From contig CAVRFT010000003.1 in the NCBI GenBank assembly GCA_963720505.1, forward strand, positions 863,997 to 927,996: 64,000 nucleotides of DNA, given 5' to 3'. The translations under genes were made by a program, and so were the position numbers. The notes beneath the pieces were generated by a model. It saw only the letters and a list, made by a program, of their open reading frames with translations. It was not told the DNA's origin and ran no database searches. Source of the stretch: an uncultured Chloroflexia bacterium. Lineage in GTDB: Bacteria > Chloroflexota > Limnocylindria > QHBO01. This document shows, in pieces, positions 1 through 8,594 of this stretch. Positions within the stretch are counted from its first letter, which is position 1. Every line of letters starts with the position of its first letter.

Positions 1-237
1 CTCGCGCTGGCCGTAGCCGCCCTCGGAATAGCCACCACCACCGCCGCTGGTGTAGCTGCCGCCGCCGCTATCGCCGCGAGCGGCCTTGCGGACGGCGCGG
101 CAGGTGGGGCAGCGGCGCGGCTCGCTGAACTGGCGCTCCGCGTAGAACTGCTGGTCCTGGGCGCTGTGGTTGAACTGCTGGCCGCAGTCGGCGCATTCCA
201 GGGTCTTGTCGGTGAAGGTGGACTGGGACTGGTACAA
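1..237 (-). CDS. Zinc-ribbon domain protein with Gly/Tyr/Ser-rich C-terminal tail. It is partial: the C-terminus runs off the window start.
   Basis: Reverse-strand reading gives MYQSQSTFTDKTLECADCGQQF...RRCPTCRAV, a CxxC-x17-CxxC pattern, followed by GDSGGGSYTSGGGGGYSEGGYG. There is a TTG start 7 nt after a GAGGAG RBS (complement of ctcctc at 245-250). Confidence 0.5.
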   Translation of the reverse strand, partial: MYQSQSTFTDKTLECADCGQQFNHSAQDQQFYAERQFSEPRRCPTCRAVRKAARGDSGGGSYTSGGGGGYSEGGYGQRE

Positions 238-405
238 GAAAAAACTCCTCTTCGCGGCCTGAGCGAACCTGTCTCGCCGTTGCCGTGAGAGGAGCGATCC
301 GGTGCCGCGGGAATGGGGTGACCCGTCCATCGGGCCTGTTGTCCCCCCGAGACTAACACAGGTCGCTCTCAGATGCTTCCCAGACAAGGCCGATACTGTG
401 TCGGC

Positions 406-1080
406 ATGCATCTGCTGGTGGTCGAGGACGATCCGCGGCTGGGCCGGCTGCTGGTCCGCATGCTCGGTGACGATCGGCACCTGGTCGATCTCACGGCGTC
501 GGGCGGGGAGGCGCTGGAGATCGCAGAGGCCAACGATGGGATCGACGCGATGATCCTGGACGTCGGGCTGCCCGACCTGAGCGGGACCGATGTCGCCCGT
601 CGGCTGCGAGCGCGTGGCTCGCAGGTCCCGATCCTGATGCTGACCGCCCGGGACGCCGTGGACGACCGTATCCGCGGCCTTGATGCAGGTGCTGACGACT
701 ACCTCGTCAAGCCCTTCGCCTATGCCGAGCTGGCCGCTCGATTGCGCGCGCTGGATCGCCGCCGCAGCCGACCCGTCTCAAACGGAGTCGTGCTGCATAA
801 CGGGCCGATCGCGCTGGACGAGATGCGTCGGCAGCTGCTTGTCGATGGGCGCCCTGTCGAGCTCAGCCCGCGCGAATTCAGCCTGCTCGAGTGCCTCCTG
901 CGCCATCCCGGCCAGGTGCTGAGCCGCGACCAGCTCCTCGACTACGCGTGGCCGTACGGCGATATCCTCACGCGTAACACGGTCGATACCTACATCCACT
1001 ACCTGCGCGACAAGCTCGGGGATGCCAGCGAACGGATCATGACCGTCCGCGGAGTCGGCTATCGCATGGCCGAGGCATGA
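406..1080 (+). CDS. OmpR-family response regulator: receiver domain plus winged-helix DNA-binding domain.
   Basis: ORF 373..1080, internal start MHLLVVEDDP. Contains D..D..LTAR receiver motifs and a C-terminal trans_reg_C-like tail (YIHYLRDKLG...RGVGYRM). The stop overlaps the downstream kinase start (ATGA). Confidence 0.9.
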   Translation: MHLLVVEDDPRLGRLLVRMLGDDRHLVDLTASGGEALEIAEANDGIDAMILDVGLPDLSGTDVARRLRARGSQVPILMLTARDAVDDRIRGLDAGADDYLVKPFAYAELAARLRALDRRRSRPVSNGVVLHNGPIALDEMRRQLLVDGRPVELSPREFSLLECLLRHPGQVLSRDQLLDYAWPYGDILTRNTVDTYIHYLRDKLGDASERIMTVRGVGYRMAEA

Positions 1081-2393
1081 CCAATTCCGCCACGGCCGCC
1101 CCAGGGCAGCCGGGCGATGCCAGGCTCCTGCGCAACGTTCGCTGGCGCCTTGTGGCGTGGAGCGCGGGTCTGACGGCGGCGGTGCTGCTGGCACTTGGCG
1201 TGGCGTTGTACATCGGTGTCCAGGCTTCGCTGGGGGCTGCCAGCCAGGCACAGCTGGCGGCCCAGGCCGATGGGGTCAGCCGCTTCATCGAGCGCGTCGG
1301 AGCGGGCGGGCTGTATGAGCCACATGAACATGGCCCTGATGAGCCCTCGCTCGGCTCACCCGAGTTCGGCGGACCGGGCGCCGGCACCATCTCCTATCTC
1401 GTGGATGGCCAGGGGCAATTTGCCGGAGGATCGCCCCCGGACGAGACAGGACTGCCGGTGGCCGATGGCGTGACCGCCGCCCTTGCCGGCGCGACCGACG
1501 TGCGGCTGGAGACAGTCGACGGCTCGCCGGTCCGGGTGCTGAGCGAGCGGATCGAGATCGACGGCGAGCCGTACGTGATCCAGGTCGTGGGTGACCGCGC
1601 CGCCGAGCAGCGAACGCTGAACGCCCTGCTCCTGGTGCTCCTGGTTGGCGGCCTGGTGGCGCTTGGCCTCGCCGCGGGCGTCGGCTTCCTGTATGCCGGC
1701 AACGCGCTGGTGCCCATCCGCGAGTCGCTGCGCCGGCAGCGCGAGTTCGCGGCCGATGCCAGCCATGAGCTGCGCACGCCACTCACCATCGTGCGGGGCA
1801 ACGTCGAACGGCTGCGGCGCGATCCGGAGCCACCGAAGGAAGAGCGCAGGGAGGCCCTCGACGATATCGAGGTGGAAGTCGATCACCTCACCGGTCTGGT
1901 GGACGACTTGCTGCTTCTGGCGCGCAGCGACTCCGGGACAGTCGAGCTGCGGCGGGATCCAGTGGATCTTGCCGATGTGGCGGGCGAGGCATTGCAGCGG
2001 CTCCGCCCGATGGCCGAATCCCACGGCGTGTCCCTGAGCCTCGACGCAGCACCAGCCAAAGTGACCGGCGACGCCGACCGGCTTCGCCAGCTGGTGGCGA
2101 TCCTCGTCGACAACGCGATCCGGCATTCGTCGCCGGGCGGCACGGTCCGGGTTTCGATATCGCCGGCGGGCCGACCCAGCATCCGTGTCGACGACGAGGG
2201 ACAGGGCATCAAGCCGGAGGACCTGCCAAACGTCTTCGAGCGGTTCTATCGCGCGAGTGATGCGCCAAGCGGCGGGACGGGGCTGGGTCTGGCGATCGCA
2301 GCCTGGATCGCCGACCATCATGGCGGCGTTATCCGCGCGTTCAACCGCCGGGAAGGCGGAGCCCGTTTCGAGGTGCAGCTGCCTCCGGCCTGA
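1077..2393 (+). CDS. Sensor histidine kinase (HAMP, HisKA, HATPase_c) with a periplasmic sensor domain between two TM helices.
   Basis: H-box ASHELRTPLT, and N/G boxes (DNAIRHS, GGTGLGLAIA). Two hydrophobic segments flank a segment of about 140 aa. It is translationally coupled to the upstream response regulator. Confidence 0.9.
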   Translation: MTNSATAAPGQPGDARLLRNVRWRLVAWSAGLTAAVLLALGVALYIGVQASLGAASQAQLAAQADGVSRFIERVGAGGLYEPHEHGPDEPSLGSPEFGGPGAGTISYLVDGQGQFAGGSPPDETGLPVADGVTAALAGATDVRLETVDGSPVRVLSERIEIDGEPYVIQVVGDRAAEQRTLNALLLVLLVGGLVALGLAAGVGFLYAGNALVPIRESLRRQREFAADASHELRTPLTIVRGNVERLRRDPEPPKEERREALDDIEVEVDHLTGLVDDLLLLARSDSGTVELRRDPVDLADVAGEALQRLRPMAESHGVSLSLDAAPAKVTGDADRLRQLVAILVDNAIRHSSPGGTVRVSISPAGRPSIRVDDEGQGIKPEDLPNVFERFYRASDAPSGGTGLGLAIAAWIADHHGGVIRAFNRREGGARFEVQLPPA

Positions 2394-2466
2394 TCAGCGG
2401 TGTCAGGGCACGCAGGGAAAGAGGGGCGCGACCCGTGCGGGCGCGCCCCTCCGCCGTGGCTGCAGA

Positions 2467-2787
2467 TCAGCTGGATGTCGAGTCAGTTCCTGAATCAGAC
2501 CCATTCGAGTCGTCGTTCGGGCAGGTGTGATCGGTTTGGTCCGAGCTGCCCGAGCCGCCGCTGCCACGGTTGTCGCTCGCCGCCGGCGATCCGCTGGCGC
2601 TCGGGTCAGGGCTGGCGGCGAAGACGCTGGCAGCGCCCCAGGTCGTCAGCACGGCTGCGACCACCAGCCCGGCGAGGGCTGCCCGGCCCCGCGACCGCTT
2701 GCGCGGCGGCGGCGCCTCAGCGCTGGGTAGTGGCGGCTCCATCGGGACCATGGGCTCCATCGGGACCATGGGCTCCATCGGTTCCAC
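2467..2787 (-). CDS. Small single-pass membrane protein with N-terminal MEPMVP tandem peptide repeats and a Ser/Gly/Asp-rich C-terminal tail.
   Basis: 106-aa ORF: MEPMEPMVPMEPMVPMEPP, then a TM helix (AALAGLVVAAVLTTWGAASVFAA), then SGSPAASDNRGSGGSGSSDQ...SDSGTDSTSS. It lies 72 bp downstream of the DUF1385 gene on the same strand. GC3 is high in most of the ORF but lower in the last 20 codons. Confidence 0.5.
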   Translation of the reverse strand: MEPMEPMVPMEPMVPMEPPLPSAEAPPPRKRSRGRAALAGLVVAAVLTTWGAASVFAASPDPSASGSPAASDNRGSGGSGSSDQTDHTCPNDDSNGSDSGTDSTSS

Positions 2788-2788
2788 G
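2735..2788. repeat. Tandem 18-bp direct repeat, three units (ggctccatcgggaccatg, a second identical unit, then a degenerate third), inside the small ORF above.
   Basis: Read directly: ggctccatcgggaccatg ggctccatcgggaccatg ggctccatcggttccacg. It encodes the MEPMVP repeats on the minus strand. Confidence 0.85.
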
Positions 2789-2859
2789 AGTTGCTCCTTT
2801 CGGACGTTGCTGGGCGGATTGGTTCGACGTCCTCAGGATCGAGGTGGAGCCTTGGAAGG

Positions 2860-3771
2860 TCATGAAAATGGGAGCCCTGCAGCCGGCACGGGCGCGGCCT
2901 CTGTCACCGGTTCTGTCCGGACGCCCAGCCGGCAGGCCTCGACGGCGGCGATCGCCACCTCGATCTGGCCCGCGTCGGGATAGGCGGTGGTCAGGCGCTG
3001 GGTCAGCAGCCCGAATCGGTTCAGCGCGAAGCCGAGTCCGCGGCGGCGCGCGCCCCAGCGCAGCACCTCATAGGCGATGGCGGCCGTGACCGGGACGAAG
3101 GCGATCCGCAGGCCCAGGTCGGCCATGGGTCCCAGGCGGGGGAGCGCGGCCAGCAGCAGCGTGTCGACCGCCGCCAGGATGACCAGAAAGCCAGTACCGC
3201 AGCGTGGGTGCGCCGGGTTGAAGCGTGCCACGTTGGCGATGGTGAGCTGCCGGCCCGCCTCGGCGCAGGCGATGGCCATGTGCTCGGCGCCGTGGTAGCT
3301 GAAGATGCGCCGATAGCGCGGCAGGCGCGTAACACCGACCACGTAGGCCGTCAGCAGGGTTCCCTTGATCAGGCCTTCAGACAGGCGCTGTGGCAGGGTT
3401 GGCTCGATCAATGGGTCGCGCCCGGTCAGCAGCAGCGGGATGGCGCTGAACACGAACAGGCCGATCATCAGGCTGACCGCCACCAGCCCCAGCGTGGCGA
3501 GCAGCGGGAGCGTTCGGATCTCGCCCGTCTCGGCCAGCATCGAGGAATCGGCCAGCGCCCGCATGCCGAGCCGCAGCTGGGTGCCGAGCGCGCGCAAGCC
3601 ACGCAGGAAGGGGAGGCGCCACGGGCCGTTCGGTGGTGCCAGCTCGCCGTCGTAGGCGTGGATTTCGCCGGAAGGGGCGCGGAGCGCCACCGCCCATCGG
3701 CTTCCGCTCCGGATCAGGACACCTTCGACCAGGGCCTGGCCGCCGTACGTGGGAGCCGGATGTGCGGTCAC
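2860..3771 (-). CDS. DUF1385 family protein (YqhQ-like putative metal-dependent enzyme), membrane-associated.
   Basis: Characteristic YHGAEHM motif, a hydrophobic central segment, and PRCGTGF. Confidence 0.75.
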   Translation of the reverse strand: MTAHPAPTYGGQALVEGVLIRSGSRWAVALRAPSGEIHAYDGELAPPNGPWRLPFLRGLRALGTQLRLGMRALADSSMLAETGEIRTLPLLATLGLVAVSLMIGLFVFSAIPLLLTGRDPLIEPTLPQRLSEGLIKGTLLTAYVVGVTRLPRYRRIFSYHGAEHMAIACAEAGRQLTIANVARFNPAHPRCGTGFLVILAAVDTLLLAALPRLGPMADLGLRIAFVPVTAAIAYEVLRWGARRRGLGFALNRFGLLTQRLTTAYPDAGQIEVAIAAVEACRLGVRTEPVTEAAPVPAAGLPFS

Positions 3772-3878
3772 CTGCTCGGGATCCCCCGCTCGGATGGGCG
3801 GTCACCCCACCGCCCGGAGGTGCTGCGCCCGGTCATGGCGCTGGCAGCGGTACCGTAGCAGACGCCGCGGGTGGACCC

Positions 3879-5006
3879 CTACAGCGTGTCGATCCGCAGG
3901 CGGGCCGCTCCGCCGCGCAGCTCGAGCTCATATCGATCGGCGGCGCGCCCGAACCGACGCGACTGCATGCGGAGCTCTTTGCCAACGTTCTCGCGGCGCT
4001 CATCGTCGAAGGTCAGCTGCGAGATGACGCCCTGGGCCCGAAGCGCCAGGTCGGTGCCGGCGGGCCGCTCCACGGTGGCATCGCTCGTCCCGCCATCGAT
4101 CGCCAGCCGCACGGTTCCGCTCGGCGGCGGCAGCTCGAGGCGCAGGTGATTGACCCCGCCGGCAACCGACAGACCGGCCAGCGGAACGTCGCGCAGCTCG
4201 CCGACCAGGTCGGTCACGCCGCCCTGGACCTCGACGGTCCAGGGGATGGCCGCGTTCAGGGCGATCCGCGCATGTCGGCTGCGCACGTCCAGCCGAGGGC
4301 GCCGGTAGCGGACGGTGACGACGCCGTCTTCGGCCCGGATGTCCGGCGCGCCGCCTTCGAAGCCGGCATGCAGCAGGTGCTCCTCCTCGGCGGCCCGTGT
4401 CAGTGTCAGGCGCGAGGCGCTCGTCTCCATCACCACGCGCGCAACCGCCTGCGGACCGAAGGGCGCGGCCGTCACCGAAAGGCGGGGAGCACCGGAGATG
4501 AAGATCAGGCGTCCGTGCGTCGCGCCGGCGAGCGGTGCGATGAAGGTGGTGTCGTCCACCATGCCGCCGCGTGTCTCGGCGCGGAGCTGCGCGGTCGCCC
4601 GCTCCAGTGCCACGGCCACCCTGTCCATCTGCTCGGCGGCCATCACGCGGGCGGCCGCTTCGGCGGGTTCGGCTGCATCGGCGATGGGTGCGTACAGGTC
4701 GTCGATATCCCGAAGGCGCTCCTCGACGACGCGAATGACCACGCGCCGCCGATCGGTCGGGTCCGCTTCCCTGCTGACGATCCCCGCCCGCTCCAGCCGA
4801 TCGAGCACGCCCGTGATGGCTCCGCTGGTCAGTCCAGCCAGCTCGGCGAGACGGGTCGGGGTGACAGATCCCTCGCCGGCGGCCAGCTCCAGGCACTTGA
4901 GATCGGTCGCGTTGATGCCCAGCCGCATGGCCGCCGCCTCGTGAAAGACGAGGCCCAGCGCCAGCACCCGGCGAATGGAAGCGCTCTCAGCGCGACGACT
5001 TGACAA
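3879..5006 (-). CDS. MarR-family transcriptional regulator fused to a C-terminal domain of about 230 aa (DUF4097/adhesin-like beta-strand repeats).
   Basis: N-terminal wHTH: LAELAGLTSGAITGVLDRLERAGIVSREADPTDRRRVV. The C-terminus has repeated G-x-V/I-x-L motifs (GGVNHLRLELPPPSGTVRLAIDGGTSDATV). It is divergent from the ABC exporter. Confidence 0.75.
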   Translation of the reverse strand: MSSRRAESASIRRVLALGLVFHEAAAMRLGINATDLKCLELAAGEGSVTPTRLAELAGLTSGAITGVLDRLERAGIVSREADPTDRRRVVIRVVEERLRDIDDLYAPIADAAEPAEAAARVMAAEQMDRVAVALERATAQLRAETRGGMVDDTTFIAPLAGATHGRLIFISGAPRLSVTAAPFGPQAVARVVMETSASRLTLTRAAEEEHLLHAGFEGGAPDIRAEDGVVTVRYRRPRLDVRSRHARIALNAAIPWTVEVQGGVTDLVGELRDVPLAGLSVAGGVNHLRLELPPPSGTVRLAIDGGTSDATVERPAGTDLALRAQGVISQLTFDDERRENVGKELRMQSRRFGRAADRYELELRGGAARLRIDTL

Positions 5007-5026
5007 TGTCCGGTCCTCTGCTCACC

Positions 5027-5058
5027 ATGCTAAGTATCTTAGCATCTAAGAGACTTAG
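5027..5058. promoter_or_regulatory. Putative MarR operator: a 19-bp palindrome ATGCTAAG-TAT-CTTAGCAT followed by a second palindrome CTAAG-AGA-CTTAG, in the divergent promoter region.
   Basis: Perfect 8-bp inverted arms read directly. An AT-richer island lies between the MarR-like start (5006) and the ABC ATPase start (5067). The RBS GGAGAGGG precedes the ATG at 5067. Confidence 0.6.
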
Positions 5059-5066
5059 GAGAGGGA

Positions 5067-6050
5067 ATGATTAGAAGCGAGTCTAGCGCACTGGCCATCG
5101 AGGCCAACGGGCTGGTGAAAAGCTACGGCAAGGATGTGGTGGCACTGGACCACCTTTCCTTCACGGTGATGCCGTCGACGACCTACGGCATGCTGGGGCC
5201 GAACGGCGCCGGCAAGTCGACCACGGTCAAGGTCCTCAGCACCCTCGCGCGAGCGGACGAGGGGGATGCGCGCGTCGCCGGCCGGGATGTCCGGTCGGAG
5301 CCGGACGCCGTGCGGCATGCGATCGGCGTGGTCGGACAGCGCGCGGCTGTCGACCCCGACGCGACGGGACGCGAGAACCTGGGGCTGCAGGGTCGGGTAT
5401 ATGGCCTGGGTGGGGCCGCCCTGCGCGATCGGGTCGAGGCGCTGCTCGGCACCTTCGGCCTGCGCGAGGCGGCCGACCGCATGGTGCGCGGCTACTCGGG
5501 CGGCATGCAGCGCAAGCTTCACGTGGCGATGGGCCTCATCCACCGTCCGCAGGTCCTTTTCCTGGACGAGCCCACCACCGGCCTGGATCCCGAGGCCCGA
5601 GCGGAGCTCTGGCACGAGATCCAGCGGCTCGCCGAGCAGGACGGGCTGACCATCTTCCTGACCACCCACTACCTGGAGGAGGCAGATCGCCTGGCCGACA
5701 TGGTGGCCATCGTCGACCGAGGTCGTGTCGTGGCCGAGGGGACGCCGGACGCATTGAAAGCCGATCTGCGGGGCGACGCCATCAACGTCGAGCTGTCCGA
5801 ATCCGATGGCACCGGCAGGGCCATCGGTTCGTTGGCGGGCGTCCCAGGCCTCCGACAACCGATGCTCGAAGGACGCACGCTGCGGACCCAGGCCGAGCAC
5901 GGCGCGTCCGCGGTTCCGCTGCTCCTCTCCGCCCTGGAGGGAGCGGGAATCGCGGTGGCCTCGGTCACCGTCTCGCGACCGTCGCTGGACGACGTCTACC
6001 TCATGCACACCGGTCGATCGTTCAAGCAGAGTGAGGAGTCCTTCGCATGA
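5067..6050 (+). CDS. ABC transporter ATP-binding protein, DrrA-like (ABC-2 exporter family).
   Basis: Walker A GPNGAGKST, signature YSGGMQRKL, Walker B LLFLDEPTTGLD. It overlaps the downstream permease (ATGA). Confidence 0.9.
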   Translation: MIRSESSALAIEANGLVKSYGKDVVALDHLSFTVMPSTTYGMLGPNGAGKSTTVKVLSTLARADEGDARVAGRDVRSEPDAVRHAIGVVGQRAAVDPDATGRENLGLQGRVYGLGGAALRDRVEALLGTFGLREAADRMVRGYSGGMQRKLHVAMGLIHRPQVLFLDEPTTGLDPEARAELWHEIQRLAEQDGLTIFLTTHYLEEADRLADMVAIVDRGRVVAEGTPDALKADLRGDAINVELSESDGTGRAIGSLAGVPGLRQPMLEGRTLRTQAEHGASAVPLLLSALEGAGIAVASVTVSRPSLDDVYLMHTGRSFKQSEESFA

Positions 6051-6826
6051 CCGCCATGACCCAATCCTTTTTCATGACCCAGCGCCACGTGCGCGCCGTC
6101 TGGCGCCAGCCGTGGTTCGTGGCCATCACCCTCGTGCAGCCCATCATCTGGTTGCTGCTGTTCGGTGCGCTGTTCAAGTCGGTGACAGAGATCCCCGGCT
6201 TCGGCGCGGGCGGCGCGACCTACCTCGACTACCTGGTTCCGGGCGTCGTCGTGATGACCGCCCTCTTCTCGTCCGGCTGGAGCGGGATGGGCGTGATCGA
6301 GGACATCGACCGCGGCATCCTGGATCGATTCCTGGTCGCGCCGGTCCATCGGCCTTCGCTCATCATCGGGCGCGTCACCTATGACGCCCTGACCCTGGTG
6401 CTGCAGGCCGTGGTCATCGGCGCCCTGGCCTGGCTGCTGGGAGCCCACTTCACCGGCGGACCCCTCGGCTTTGCGGTGCTGGTGCTGTGCGCGCTCCTGC
6501 TGGCCGCGTCCTTCGGTGCCATCTCGGACGCGCTCGGCCTGGCGCTTCGCCAGCGAGAGTCGGTGATCGGCATCAACACCTTCATGGTGCTGCCGCTGAG
6601 CTTCCTGTCGGCGGCGTTCATGCCGCTGCTGCTGGCTCCTGAATGGATCCAGACCGTGGCTCGATTCAACCCCGTCAACTGGGCCGTGGAGGCCGGGCGC
6701 GAAGCGCTCATGGGCAGCCCGGACTGGTCGATCGTGCTCCCGCGCCTGGCCGGCCTGGTCGTGCTGGCGGCGGTCTGCGTCGCGGTTGCCACCCGGGCGT
6801 TCCGCGGGTACCAGCGTTCGGCCTAG
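6047..6826 (+). CDS. ABC-2 type transporter permease (DrrB-like).
   Basis: Six predicted TM segments. Coupled to the upstream ATPase. Confidence 0.85.
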   Translation: MTAMTQSFFMTQRHVRAVWRQPWFVAITLVQPIIWLLLFGALFKSVTEIPGFGAGGATYLDYLVPGVVVMTALFSSGWSGMGVIEDIDRGILDRFLVAPVHRPSLIIGRVTYDALTLVLQAVVIGALAWLLGAHFTGGPLGFAVLVLCALLLAASFGAISDALGLALRQRESVIGINTFMVLPLSFLSAAFMPLLLAPEWIQTVARFNPVNWAVEAGREALMGSPDWSIVLPRLAGLVVLAAVCVAVATRAFRGYQRSA

Positions 6827-6858
6827 GAGCCGGATGGCGGCAGGGTTATAGTGCGAGC

Positions 6859-7479
6859 GTGGCCGACCAGTTCGTGTCGCGTGGCTTCGTTGGCCGCCGG
6901 CAGCCGCCCGGCGACGAAGGGAACCGGATCCCGCCCGGCCAATATCTGACGCGGGACTTTCCGGTCCTGTCGGCGGGCCCGACGCCGCGCATCGACCTCG
7001 CCGACTGGTCCTTCACCATCGACGGGCTTGTCGGCGCGCCGCTGACCTGGAGCTGGGACCAGTTCCAGGCCCTGCCGCGCCAGGACTGGACGGTGGACAT
7101 CAGCTGCGTCACGAAGTGGACGAAGCTGGACACCCACTGGACCGGCGTCAGCGTCGACGCCCTGCTCGAAAACGTCACGTTGGACCCGGCCGCGCGCTTC
7201 CTGGTGGCGTACTCGTACGGTGGCTACACCACCAATTTGCCGCTGGAGGACGCGCTCAACGGCCAGGCGTTCGTGGCCTACGCCTACGACGGCCAGCCGC
7301 TCGAGCCCGCGCACGGCGGACCGGCGCGGCTGGTGGTGCCGCATCTGTACTTCTGGAAGAGCGCCAAATGGGTTCGCGGGCTGCGGCTCCAGGCGAATGA
7401 CGAGCCCGGCTTCTGGGAGTCGCTGGGCTATCACAACCACGGCGATCCCTGGCGTGAGCAGCGCTACAGCGGCGACTGA
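6859..7479 (+). CDS. Sulfite-oxidase-like molybdopterin-dependent oxidoreductase (small single-domain form).
   Basis: DISCVTKWT with Cys as Mo ligand, and GGPARLVVPHLYFWKSAKWV, characteristic of the SO/YedY-family Mo-binding domain. Start GTG chosen at 6859, the first in-frame start after the permease stop. Confidence 0.8.
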   Translation: MADQFVSRGFVGRRQPPGDEGNRIPPGQYLTRDFPVLSAGPTPRIDLADWSFTIDGLVGAPLTWSWDQFQALPRQDWTVDISCVTKWTKLDTHWTGVSVDALLENVTLDPAARFLVAYSYGGYTTNLPLEDALNGQAFVAYAYDGQPLEPAHGGPARLVVPHLYFWKSAKWVRGLRLQANDEPGFWESLGYHNHGDPWREQRYSGD

Positions 7480-7533
7480 CCGGGCCTGGGCGGGGCGCCG
7501 GCGCCCGAGCCGCTGCGCTGGCAGATCGGCACG

Positions 7534-8248
7534 GTGACCGCCATCCGGCCGCAGACCGATCGTGTCTCCAGCTTCACCCTGTCCCTGCCGGCGTGGCGGC
7601 CGCACCGGGCCGGGCAGCACTACGACGTGCGGCTCACGGCCGAGCGATGGCTACCGGGCGCAGCGCAGCTACAGCATCGCCTCGGCTCCGGAGGCGCGCG
7701 GTGAGGTGGAGCTCGGGATCGAGCGCATCCCCGACGGCGAGGTGTCGCCCTACTTCCACGACGTCCTGGTCGAGGGCGACCTGGTCGAGGTGCGCGGACC
7801 GATTGGAGGCTATTTCGTCTGGGAGCCGGGCATGGGCGGCCCGCTGCTGCTGGTGGGCGGCGGCTCGGGAGTGGTGCCGCTGATGGCCATGCTGCGCGCC
7901 CGTCGAGCGGCGGCCGACCGCACTCCGGCGCTGCTGCTCTACTCGTCGCGCACCATCGACGACGTCATCTACCGCACGGAGCTGGACGCCATGGCCGCCG
8001 AGCCCGGTGGGCCGATCATCCTCCACACCCTCACCCGCGAGCAGCCGCCGGGTTGGGACGGCTTCGACCGACGCATCGACGAGCCGATGCTGGCCGCGGT
8101 CGTTGACCGCCTCGGGGGCACGGTCGCGCAGCCGCTGGTCTATGTCTGCGGTCCGACCCTGCTGGTCGAGGGGGCCGCCGACGGTCTCACCGCGCTGGGG
8201 CTGCCGCCGGTCCGGATCCGAACCGAGCGCTTCGGACCGACCTCATGA
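7534..8248 (+). CDS. Ferredoxin-reductase-like FAD/NAD(P)-binding oxidoreductase, the partner of the Mo-enzyme. There is an apparent +1 frameshift near 7650.
   Basis: N-terminus in frame 1 (IGTVTAIRPQTDRVSSFTLSLPAWRPHRAGQHYDVRLTAE). It continues in frame 2 (DGYRAQRSYSIAS...GGGSGVVPLMAMLR) with the RxYS FAD motif and the GGxGxxP NAD motif. Confidence 0.65.
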
Positions 8249-8520
8249 GACCGGCCGTGATCGACGACCCGCTGGTGCTCGACGCCAATGCCGTGGCCGG
8301 CGACCTGCGCGAGATCATGGGCGTGGAGATCACCACCTACGTCGCTCGTTGCGCCCATTGCGGCAATCGGGGCGCGCTCGGCACGCTCCGGGCCTGGACT
8401 CACGGGCCGGGCGTGGTGCTGCGCTGCGTCATCTGCAGCGAGGTCGTCATCCGCTGGGTGCGTCATCCGGACGGTCCGCGCGTCGACATGCGCGGCGCCG
8501 CCTTCCTCCAGCCGGGCTGA
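8245..8520 (+). CDS. DUF6510-like small zinc-ribbon protein.
   Basis: 91 aa with CAHCGN...CVICS Cys pairs. ATGA overlap with the upstream FNR-like gene. Confidence 0.6.
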   Translation: MRPAVIDDPLVLDANAVAGDLREIMGVEITTYVARCAHCGNRGALGTLRAWTHGPGVVLRCVICSEVVIRWVRHPDGPRVDMRGAAFLQPG

Positions 8521-8594
8521 GCGCGCCGCGGCCTGATCGGGCCATGTGGGAGCAGCCGATCGGGTGGTTCACGATTGGCGGCCGGGCGGGCCTA

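Noticed and set aside
2735-2788. The tandem 18-bp repeat as a possible CRISPR array or minisatellite.
   Set aside because: It has only three units with no spacers and lies inside a coherent ORF with high GC3. It is a coding repeat, not a CRISPR array.
3633-5003. Large antisense or shifted-frame ORFs. Examples are 3633..5003 +, 15204..16832 +, 26480..27890 +, 33118..33702 +, 44153..45358 +, 60737..61912 + and 12800..13894 -.
   Set aside because: Each lies opposite or out of frame with a gene that has clear domain motifs. Their translations are dominated by Arg/Gly/Ala/Pro runs typical of GC-rich shadow frames, and they lack RBS or start context.
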